From contig NC_083239.1 in NCBI RefSeq assembly GCF_032191835.1, forward strand, positions 40,052,001 to 40,116,000: a stretch of DNA of 64,000 bases, in the 5' to 3' direction. The DNA comes from Heteronotia binoei (taxonomy: Eukaryota). Below the pieces are notes generated by a model. That model did no database searches. It worked only from the letters and a program-made list of their open reading frames with translations, and was not told where the DNA came from. The position numbers and the translations under genes are program-made. This document shows, piece by piece, positions 1-9,480 of the stretch. Within the stretch, counting starts at the first letter, position 1; each line of letters begins with the position of its first letter.

Positions 1-843
1 ATGCTCCTCCCTTGGGGAGGAAGGCGAGGGAGAGCTTGCTTTGCCAGGCTCTCTCAATTCCACAGTGGAACTACTGAACCAAGCGTCTCTTCCTTCTACT
101 GGCTGAGGCTCCCCCCCCCATCCCCTGGGGAAGGAAGGAAAGAGCCAGAGCTTCCTTTGCCCAGTTCCCTGGATCCCATGGGAGAGATACAAAGAAAGCA
201 CCTTTAAGACCAATGAGTGCTAACTTTTTAAGCATATTTTAAGTTTTTAAAATATATATGTGTGTTTGTCTGTGTTCTTTATAAAATGTGTATCTCTGCT
301 ACCTAATCTTAAATAGGTACACCCATGACTCCGGCCTTCATAACAAACGAGTGTGACAACCCTGCTCTAAGCTGCAGAGACTTGTGAGCGAAAATTCTAC
401 TTGGTGAGCTACTGGCATTAAAAGTTGTGGGCGAGCGATTTGGCTACTGCATAAATTAGTTTGCTCTGGGGCCATCCTTCCTCAGCTAAGACAAAAAAGT
501 GTGAGCCAGAGGCTAAAAAGCTGAGCTAGCTCACACTAACTCAGCTTAGAGGGAACACTGATGGGTAGAATACGCTGTCACTGGACTCACAATCCCCACA
601 TCTGTCGTTACCTCCTTTAGTATCCAAATACCAACTTACTGCTATTTACATGTCTAACTTAATGGGTTAGCTGTATGTGTTGCTCAGTCACTCAGGCCTC
701 TTGATTCTAAGCAGCTCTTCCTGGCAACTAATCCCCGCCCCCTAATAATATATAAGGAAATCTGACATTTTGAATAAAACTTTGCTGGTCTTAAAAAGGC
801 GCCACCAGACTAAAACATTTTGTTCTGCGCATGCAAAGCAGAT

Positions 844-1055
844 GGGAGGGACGGTGGCTCAGTGGTAGAGCATCTGCTTGGGAAGCAGAAGGTCCCAGGT
901 TCAATCCCTGGCATCTCCAAAAAAGGGTCCAGGCAAATAGGTGTGAAAAACCTCAGCTTGAGACCCTGGAGAGCCGCTGCCAGTCTGAGAAGACAATACT
1001 GACTTTGATGGACCAAGTGTCTGATTCAGTATAAGGCAGCTTCATATGTTCATAT
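844..1055 (+). mobile_element. tRNA-derived SINE
   Basis: A box TGGCTCAGTGG and B box GGTTCAATCCC, followed by a non-tRNA body; related copies near 37495-37890, 41820-42035 and 58370-58560. Confidence 0.8.
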
Positions 1056-1253
1056 GCACTGTTCTTTATATCACACACTGAATCCTTAGCTCCAAGAGAA
1101 GCAGGTGTTCTACTGCGGGGCCAAGGATGGCCTATCATAAGCAATAGAATATGTCTGATCGGACTACACGGCAATGATTTCCCCACCTCACACTCCAGCA
1201 CACTTCCAACTTGTGCTGAATAATGTACTTTCCACTTTAGCTATTTGTGAGTG

Positions 1254-1441
1254 CAGGGCTTTTTTTGCAGCAGGAACTCCTTTGCATATTAGGCTACACA
1301 CACACACACCCCCGATGTAGCCAATCCTCCAAGAGCTTACAGGGCTCTTAGTACAGGGCCTACTGTAAGCTCCAGGAGGATTGGCTACATAAGGGGTGTG
1401 TGGTCTAATATACAAAGCAATTCCTGCTACAAAAAAAGCCC
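1254..1441. mobile_element. Non-autonomous hAT-like MITE (CAGGGCTTTTTTT...AAAAAAAGCCC family)
   Basis: Terminal inverted repeats and internal palindromy; many copies in the window; the copy at 36879-37060 has an 8-bp TSD. Confidence 0.75.
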
Positions 1442-1999
1442 CGCGCAAGTGGATTTTGGCCTTTGGCACCTCAAATCCAGCTGCGAAGTGCCCTGAAAAT
1501 GGATTGAAAGTGCATTATTCTGCAAGTGTGAAAGTGGCTACAAAGAAATGACTTATCTCGGCTTTGAGAACACTGCTGGCTTTTGGGCACAGCACACTGC
1601 CTTCCCTGAGTCAGGTCTAGCAAGGTCAGGATCGCCTGCTCTGACCAGCAGCAGCTCCCAGGCAGAGAGGTCGTTCCCATCTCCTCCTGCCTGGTATCGA
1701 ACCTGGCACCTTGTGAATGCCAAGCCGAGGCTCCCCCGCCGAGCCCCACAGTCCCTCGCACTGCTGGGAGAAACTGAAACTGCGGCCAATTCCGCGCTAG
1801 GCTTTTAATCCTGGTCCAGCCCTGTCCCCAGACTGATTTTCTACACCAGAAACAGAGAAGCAAAAACTCATAGAGTGGGTCTCTATGATTCCATGATTCA
1901 AGTACAGAATTTCAGTTTGGGGACAAGGCTGGACCAAGATTAAAAGTCGAGTGCGGAAGTGGCCTGTGTCTTCGCATTGCAAACCTGCAAGTTTGGGGG

Positions 2000-2560
2000 A
2001 CAGGGCTGGACCACGATTAAAAGTCTAGCGCGGAATTGGCCTTCCCGTTGCAAACCTGCAATGCCTGGGAAGCGCGGGGCTCCGCTGCAAAACCATTATC
2101 ATCATCCTCATCCCCATCCCAGAGCCAACTCTGCCGCCCAGCCCTCCTTTCAGCCCTGCCTCCGCTCCCAACTCCAGCGTCACCCGCTAAGCAGGACCGA
2201 CGCGCAGCCTTCCTTCGTCCCCGGGCTCCATGCACACGGCCGCGGTCACCTACCAAGGCGTGTCCTGCTGCAGGCCTAGCAGCTGCTGCCGCGGGCCAGC
2301 TCGGCGAGCCCTCCCGCATGATGCTCGCTGCAAGGCGGCCGGAAGCTTTCGGCCCCTCCGTTTACCACGCGCCCGCCAGGGAGCTGCGGCCACCTCCCCT
2401 TCGCAAGGGCGGGAGGCTGGGGGCGGGGAGGAAGCCCGGCTCTTCCCAAACGGCGCCCTGGGCGGCAAGGGCTGCTGGGAGTTGTAGTCCCGTCTCCTCC
2501 CACTGCAAGAGCTTTGCGACTTGCAGAGGTTTTAAAGGGGTTGATTGGAGGGGGAGGAGG
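2000..2560 (-). promoter_or_regulatory. CpG-island promoter and probable first exon of an unidentified minus-strand gene
   Basis: CpG-rich; ZNF143/SBS-type motif ACTACAACTCCCAG at 2475-2488 (minus); CCGGAAG ETS and GGGCGGGG Sp1 motifs; minus-strand donor TTG|GTAGGT at 2254/2253. Confidence 0.6.
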
Positions 2561-2684
2561 GAGGAAACGGGGGCTGAGAAGCCTACCTCATGCAAGACTT
2601 AATCTTTTAATTTCTTAAATTAATTTTTAAGAGGGGAGGAAACCCCATACACCAGTACAAAGCCAGATCTTGAAGAGGCTAGCA

Positions 2685-3092
2685 CAGGGGTGGCCAAACT
2701 TGCTTAACATAAGAACCATATAGAATAAATGTCAGATGNNNNNNNNNNNNNNNNNNNNNNNNNNNNNNNNNNNNNNNNNNNNNNNNNNNNNNNNNNNNNN
2801 NNNNNNNNNNNNNNNNNNNNNNNNNNNNNNNNNNNNNNNNNNNNNNNNNNNNNNNNNNNNNNNNNNNNNNNNNNNNNNNNNNNNNNNNNNNNNNNNNNNN
2901 NNNNNNNNNNNNNNNNNNNNNNNNNNNNNNNNCTTTAACTTTAAATGCATTCTCCAATGCACTTAAATAAGAGATTTAAAGAGAAAAATGTCTTCTCCAA
3001 GCTGGCTGATGGGGCAGTGGTGTCTTCAAGAGCCACACAGTATGTGTGAAAGAGCCACATGCATCTCTCAAGCCACAGTTGGGCCACCCCTA
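2685..3092. mobile_element. hAT-like MITE (CAGGGGTGGCCAAACT family) spanning the assembly gap
   Basis: TIR-like ends match the copies at 26930-27570, 45806-46366 and 58815-59130. Confidence 0.7.
2739..2932. other. Assembly gap (194 N)
   Basis: Run of N. Confidence 1.
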
Positions 3093-3669
3093 GGCTAGCA
3101 TAACAATGGCAACAGCTGAAATCAAATATGATAACTACAATAGTATGTGCAAGAACACAGCAAAAATAGAGCATATCCATTTTGTAACAAAGGACAGCTT
3201 TTACATAAACTAAAATCAAGATGTACAAAAATCACAATTGAAGAAGTTACCATAGGTTCAAATCCTTGACTATATTAGGGCATTCACGATGATTCAACAA
3301 GTACTCGAAAATACCTAATGCCAGACTTCTTAATGTCATTTCAGGGTTTTTAATTGCACACTTCCTTGATTTTAAAAAGTCACACAAGCAATGTTCCCTC
3401 TAAGGTGAGTTAGTGTGAGCCAGCTCACAGGTTTTTTAGCCTCTGGCTCACACATTTTTGTTTCAGCTCAGGAAAAATGGCCCCAGAGCAAACTAATTTC
3501 TGCAGTAGCCCACAACTTTAATGCCAGTAGCTCAGGAAGTAGAACTTTTGCACGCAAGACTCCACAGCTTAGAGGGAGTGTTGGTCACAAGATTCACCCC
3601 CTCCACCAACTTTTTAATAGCTGCAACAAAGCGATAACCCCGCGGCCTCTGTCTGAAATTTACTCCTGA

Positions 3670-3830
3670 GGAGGCTTTCGTTTTCACATGCCCGAATCCG
3701 CCTTCGTTTCTCACTTGCAAGCGGAAGGGGGAACAGCTGGGAAAGAAAAAAAGAAACTGCAAGGCTGTACAAAGTGCTTTGCCGTTGGCTTCAAGTTCCT
3801 GGTGTGGTTGAAACACTGGGAATTCCCCGA
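3670..3830. promoter_or_regulatory. Candidate IRF/NF-kB enhancer
   Basis: GGGAATTCCCC at 3818-3828; CTTTCGTTTTCA (GAAANNGAAA on minus) at 3675-3686; GCGGAAG at 3721; unique sequence between repeats. Confidence 0.4.
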
Positions 3831-3894
3831 AGTGGGTGGTGTTGAAGTGGCTGGGAAATAGCTGGTAGGGGTTGAATTGCCTATTCAGATTTGA

Positions 3895-4150
3895 AGGAAA
3901 GCAAAGCAAAGGTCCCCTGTGCAAGCACCAGTTGTTTCCGACTCTGGGGTGACGTCGCTTTCACATTTTCATGGCAGACTTTTTACGGGGTGGTTTGCCA
4001 CTGCCTTCCCCAGTCATCTACACTTTCCCCCCAGCAAGCTGGGTCCTCATTTTACCAGCCTTGGAAGGATGGAAGGCTGAGTCAACCTGGAGCCGGCTAC
4101 CTGAAAACACAACTTCCACCGGGGATCGAACTCAGGTCATGAGCAGCCAA
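3895..4150 (-). mobile_element. Sauria-type SINE, 5' truncated
   Basis: GTTGACTCAGCCTTCCATCCTTCC body and CCCCAGAGTCGGAAAC...CAGGGGACCTTT tail on the minus strand. Confidence 0.8.
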
Positions 4151-4198
4151 ATGCTTTGCGTATGGGCTTCCTTTTGGCTGTGATCACACACACTAAAT

Positions 4199-4410
4199 AA
4201 AGCAGGAGTCAAGTTTCACCTTTAAGACCAACCGAGTTTTATTTAGAACGTAAACTTTTGTGCGCTGTCTAAGCACGCTTCATCAGATGAGGGGATCAGT
4301 ACCTGATCCCTTTGTCTGATGAGGTGCGCTTAGAGAGCACACGAAAGCTTACATTCTAAATAAAACTTGGTTGGTCTTAAAGGTGTCACTTGACTCCTGC
4401 TTCATTCAGC
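4199..4410. mobile_element. Palindromic non-autonomous element with minimal hammerhead motifs (Penelope-like derived)
   Basis: Inverted arms of about 100 bp; the right arm has TGT-CTGATGA-stem-GAAA-GCTT-ACA at 4313-4353; the left-arm core is degenerate. Confidence 0.7.
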
Positions 4411-4989
4411 TGCTTCAGACCAACACGGCTGCCCACCTGGATCTGCACACTTGGTCTGAAGCAGTAGAACAAATTTATTTATTTATTACTTTTGTCTTCT
4501 ATCCCGCCCTCTCCGCAAGCGGACTCAGGGCAGGCTAACAATCAATTCAAAACATTTTATGATTACAATTTAAAAGGATAAAATAACAGTTAAAATGCAT
4601 TTCATGGTGCTGTTCAGCTTCGGTATAGGCGGGATCTTTCTTTCTTCTGGCAGTGGTCCTACAGCGATCGTAGTTCCTCAGCAGTGCAGGGTGTCAAAGC
4701 AGAGTCAAGTAGCACCTTTGCGACCAACAAAGTTTGATTCAGAATGTAAGCTCTCGTGTGTTAGAAGCACACGTCATCAGACTGTAGGATGGAATGGCAA
4801 GCAGTCCTAAATATAGAGAAAAGTGGGCAGTGAATCAGCATGCAAAACCATGGAAATGTCCGGTTTGTGATTCTTTCAATTTGCTAAGGGGCATTTCCAT
4901 GATTTTGCATGCTGATTCACTGCCCACTTTCTCTATCAACAGAAGTATAGTGTCCAGATCACGTGATGTGATGGTATTGGTATTACTCT

Positions 4990-5500
4990 GCTCTGGTAAG
5001 ACCTCATCTGAAGTATTGTGTTCAGTTTTGGGCACCACATTTTAAGAAGGATCTAGACGAGCTGGAACGGGTCCAGAGGAGGGCGACGAAGATGGTGAGG
5101 GTTCTGAAGACCAAGTCCTATGAGAAAAGGTTGAAGGAGCTGGGGATGTTTAGCCTGGAGAGGAGGCGGCTGAGAAGTGATATGATCACCATCTTCAAGT
5201 ACTTGAAGGGCTGTCATATAGAGATGGTGCGGAATTGTTTTCTGTGGCCCCAGAAGGTAGGACCAGAACCAATGGGTTGAAATTAAATCAAAAGAGTTTC
5301 TGCTAGAGCGATTCCTCAGTGGAACAGGCTTCCTCGGGAAGTGGTGGGCTCTCGTTCCTTGGAGGTTTTTAAACAGAGGCTAGATGGCCATCTGACAGCA
5401 ATGAAGATCCTGTGAATTAAGGGGAAGTGTTTGTGAGTTTCCTGCATTGTGCAGGGGGTTGGACCAGATGACCCTAGAGGCCCCTTCCAAATCTATGATT
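4990..5500 (+). mobile_element. CR1 LINE 3' fragment
   Basis: [27 protein letters not shown] is a CR1 ORF2 C-terminal motif; CR1-type 3' end follows. Confidence 0.9.
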
Positions 5501-5533
5501 CTGTATTTAGGACTGCTTGCCATTCCATCCTAC

Positions 5534-5572
5534 TGTCTGATGAAGTGTGCTTAGAGCACACGAAAGCTTACA
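5534..5572 (+). ncRNA. Minimal type I hammerhead ribozyme motif
   Basis: Stem I TGT/ACA, core CTGATGA, stem II GTGTGC/GCACAC, GAAA, palindromic AGCT stem III. Confidence 0.65.
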
Positions 5573-6299
5573 TTCTGAATAAAACTATGTTGGTCTAATA
5601 GGTGCTACTTGACACACTAATAATACACTTTCAGTGCACTTCCCAACTGGGTTTTACTGTGTGAGCTAGTATATTTTTAATGAGTATATTTTTTAATTCT
5701 TTAATATTTGTAAACAATATATTCATGCTTTCTATTTATAAATTCTTAATAGAAGCTTAATACTGTTCCAAAATGAAAAAGCAAATGTAAGTACTGCAAC
5801 TACTCTCATTGTTTGTTAGTTACAATTTTGACTGCAAACAATATAGCATTTATTGTACTGCTTGTTAAAATAATTAAAAAATTATATGGGGGGAAAGTTA
5901 CCCCTATTAGATGTCACTACCACCCTTACAAGGAGAAGCTCCTGTCCCAGGGGTTGCCAAACTGAGGCTTGGAAGCCACATGTGGCTCTTTCACACATAT
6001 TGTGTGGCTCTTAAAGTCCCCAACAACTCCACTGGCCAGCTTGGAGAACGTATTTGTCTCTTTAAATCACTTCTCCAAGCAAAGCCAGCAGTTTGGAGAA
6101 TGCATTTAAAGTTGCTTTCATTCTACCTCTCCCTCCCCACCTTCTATTTTCCTTCCTTTTACAGCTCTCAAACATCTGATGTTCATGTCTTGTGTTGTGG
6201 CTCTCAGACATCTGACATTTATTCTATGTGGCTCTTACATTAAGCACGTTTGGCCACCCCAGTTCTGTCCCATTCATTTTCCACTGCACATACTTGTTG

Positions 6300-6460
6300 C
6301 CATCTCGCGCATGCGCAAGAGAATCCAACCAAGCCTGCGGGGCGAACCGCCCCTGCGCCTCAAACTGCCGGCCGCAGACTGAGCATGCGCTGTCTCCAAG
6401 CCAGCGGCGCTGGCTGCTGCTATCCGCCCGCCGACGTCTTGCGCGTGCGCACTGGGTTAC
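6300..6460 (+). promoter_or_regulatory. Probable SMG9 CpG promoter with NRF1 sites
   Basis: CGCGCATGCGCA at about 6306, GAGCATGCGC at about 6381 and TGCGCGTGCGCA at about 6440; nearest CpG island upstream of the first coding exon. Confidence 0.65.
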
Positions 6461-6870
6461 ACCAACGGTGGCCGGCGAGGCTCCTTCCTCCCCTACCGTC
6501 TAGATGCGCTGATTCACAACCGACGCATCCCACCTCAACGTAAGCGAGCCGTTCTGGATACCAAACGCCACCTTCGAGCTCGAGTGACGGCCGGCCTAGC
6601 GGCTTTCCGCCATAAACGCGGGTCATCGGCCTTTCGCCTCGCCGCCGCTCAGGTATTTCACCGAAGATAGATAGTTCCGGGTTTTGCTCTGATATCCTTC
6701 CGCGGAGCGTTAAAGGAGCAGCAGTTAGACGTCTATCAGCCGTATCCGTCCGCCAAAGATATAGTGCCGGCTGCTCGTGATGACCCACTTATATCCCTCC
6801 GCAGGGCCAGATGTGAGTGCTGCGACCGCATCTGGTACGCAGAGATCTGTCCGCATATTGTTACAATCTC
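6460..6870. other. Compositionally anomalous, random-like unique segment
   Basis: Hand count over 6481-6840: about 58% GC, 36 CpG and 19 TpA, both observed/expected about 1.2; no similarity to the window's repeats. Confidence 0.55.
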
Positions 6871-7609
6871 TTGTTCCTTCAACTCTTATGATGGACAGAA
6901 GCTATGCAAAGTGTTAAGTTTTTATACAGCATTGTAAGATACCTTGGCAGTCCACGTTATTTTACTTATTTATTTACGTTATTTATAGTCCGTCTTTCTC
7001 ATATGAACTCGAGGCGGATTACACGTAGTGAGATATTTAGCAACTTGTGCATGGAGATAATTTAAGATTGGAAACCATGGCATCTGTCATATGACACATT
7101 AAGCAGTGCCAAAATTGCATAATAGGATCCTGTTTATGGCATGCGATGTACAGCAGAAAAGGCCCTCAAGTCTCAATGGTTTATTCAAGTAGGTTTGTGA
7201 AATTTTTCTGTGTGTGCAGTAGGCTTTATTACTTGTGCCAAGATTAGTGGAAAGGTGGGATCACAAAAATGCATCAAATACATCATCAATTTACCTTTTA
7301 ACATGTAACATAAATATATACATATTTGTGTATATATTAATGTTACATGTTAAAAGGTAAATTAGTTGGACAGGAAAAATGCCTTCTTTTTGACCCAGGT
7401 TTATTAGCAATAGAATAATTAACAGGCATTCTCACATTCTGACATGGCACTGTTTTATGGTTTCCCATGCTAATTCAACCCAGATCAAAGGTTTTCTGAA
7501 TTTGTTAATTTTACTATTCTGCTTTGGTTTTTAACTTTGCACCACTTGGCATTCCAACCCCCCCCCCCCCCCCAGCTATATGTGGTTCTGCTCACTGTAC
7601 CTCATTCCT

Positions 7610-7645
7610 CGTCTGAGGAAGTGCGCATGCACACGAAAGCTTACG
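7610..7645 (+). ncRNA. Minimal type I hammerhead ribozyme motif
   Basis: CGT-CTGAGGA-A-GTGCGCATGCACAC-GAAA-GCTT-ACG. Confidence 0.55.
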
Positions 7646-8039
7646 TTCTGAATAAAACTAAGTTGGTCTTAAAGGTGCAATCAACTATTTTGTTTCAGAG
7701 GCTGTTTGCCATCACTTGCCTCTGCGTCAGGACCCTGGTATTCTTTGGAGGGTGCTCATCCAAATACCAGCCAGCACTGACTTGCCAGATCTGACAAGAT
7801 TGGGCTCGCCTAGGCAATTCAGGTCGGGCCTTGAGGGACTGAAAGTCTGATTCAGTAGAAGGCAGACTGGGGATTTGAGCAGGCATTTCCCAGGGTAGTG
7901 GGAGCCCTGCGGCACAGAATGGTGAGCTGCAGCATTGCAGTCCAAGCTCTGCTCACAAATGGAGTTTGATCCCAGTGGCCCAAGGTTTACTCAGCCTTCC
8001 ATCTCTCCAAGTTCAGTGCAAACTTGCTGGGGGTAAAGT

Positions 8040-8905
8040 GTAAGATGTCTGGGGAGGGCAGTGGCGAACCACTCTGTAACATCATTAGGGTTTGTAGAAT
8101 CTTTTGGGCTCAAGTGCCGTGTTCTACTGGAGAAAGTTTTCCTTCCAGACGTTTCGTTCTCGGCTGCGGAGAACATCCTCAGTGGCGTTGCAGCCGGAGC
8201 AGGCGCTCTGACCTTCTTGGCTGCTGTGCACTGAGTGAGGCCAGGGCTGCTGGAGAGCTGCTATTTCTAGGCTGGAGGGGGTGTGGTGAAAGGGCAATAG
8301 GTTTGTGGATGTGCCCATTGTTTGGTGGGGCTTCCTGGAAGGGTAGTGATAAGGAAACTGGCTGTGGAATGTGACCATTGTTCTGTGTTAATTGCTGGGA
8401 GGGTTGGAAGGGGTGTGAAGATAAGGAAGATGGTTGTTGACTGTGCTGATTGTTCTGTGGAATGCACTGGTTGTTCTGTGAATTTCTGCAATTTATAGTC
8501 TGCAGGGTGTTTTGCAGAGCTGGATACCAAGAATGGTGGATGGAAATGCCTTCTTCCTTTCTGTTAAAGTTGTGCTGGTGTTTGTAAATCTCAATAGCTT
8601 CTCTGTTCAGGCGGGTATGATAACGTGAGGCCGCAGAAAGGACTTCAGTTCTTTCAAAGTGGATGATGTGGTCTCCTTCTTGAAGTGCATGTTCAGCTAC
8701 AGCTGATTTTTCTGGCTGAAACACGCGACAGTGTCTCTTGTGTTCGGTGAGGTGGGTGTTGATAGTAGTGCCAATGGGTGAGGTGGGTAGTGCCAATGTA
8801 GACTGCACCACAGGAGCAGGGTATTTTGTAGACTCCAGGGGTTGAAAGGGGATCTCTCATATCTTTGGCCGAGCGCAGCATGTGGCGGATCTGTAACAGT
8901 AAGTC
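8040..8905 (-). mobile_element. Penelope-like retroelement 3' fragment (GIY-YIG endonuclease plus pLTR)
   Basis: GVYKIPCSCGAVYIGTT...HLTEHKRH...SAVAEHAL...REAIEI...FNRKEEG; hammerhead downstream; frame broken by a small duplication near 8750-8800. Confidence 0.9.
8145..8185 (-). ncRNA. Hammerhead ribozyme in the Penelope pLTR
   Basis: CCA-CTGAGGA-T-GTTCTC-loop-GAGAAC-GAAA-CGTC-TGG on the minus strand. Confidence 0.7.
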
Positions 8906-9335
8906 TGCCAAGAAAACATTGTGATGTGATGTCACCCCATGGGTCATTAATGACTCAGTGCTTGCTCAGGGGACTACCTTTACCTCTCATTGTGGGGATT
9001 TGAGCATGGCCCTCCCAGGTCCTAATCCAGCACTCTAACTGCTACATGTATCACCCTGCCATCCCTCCCAGGTTTCTAAAGAGGTTTATGTTTTCCAGAG
9101 GGCAAAAGAAGAAAATCTTTGCCACGCCGCCTAAATCCTTCAAGAGCTTACAGGGCTCTTCTTACAGGGCCTACTGTAAGCTCCAGGAGGATTGGCTACA
9201 TCAGGGGTGTGTGGCCTAATATGCAAAGGAGTTCCTGCTACAAAAAAAAGCCGAGTCTCTCTAGTATCCACTTACCTTGTTTTTATTTAGCAGTTCCATG
9301 AAGTTCTCTGCCCCTCTCTCAGGTCCTGCTTCCCA

Positions 9336-9480
9336 ATGTCAGAGTCGGGACACAGGCCAGCCGGGGCTGTACGAACGCCGACGCCGCTGGAACCGTGATA
9401 AGGAACTGGGTCACCAGAGCCTGTCTGGGCCAGGCCGGGACCGGGACTATGTCCCCTGGGACCGCGATCGAGAGCGGCGG
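9336..9480 (+). CDS. SMG9: SMG9 coding exon 1 (contains a +1 frameshift)
   Basis: Acceptor at 9322/9323; MSESGH then QPGLYERRRRW in a shifted frame; donor GTAAGA at 9481. Confidence 0.9.

Noticed and set aside
844-920. tRNA-like sequences here and at many SINE heads, and a degenerate one at 1680-1745 (minus)
   Set aside because: They continue into SINE bodies and lack a full cloverleaf; not tRNA genes
2679-2966. ORFs containing poly-X
   Set aside because: Artefacts of the N gap
6420-6788. 122-aa minus-strand ORF
   Set aside because: No recognisable motif; GC-rich context makes such ORFs common
6495-6850. Cluster of restriction-site palindromes (XbaI, SacI, XhoI, FseI, EcoRV, SacII, AatII, BglII) suggesting a polylinker
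   Set aside because: About six 6-bp palindromes are expected by chance in 400 bp of unbiased sequence, and these are scattered
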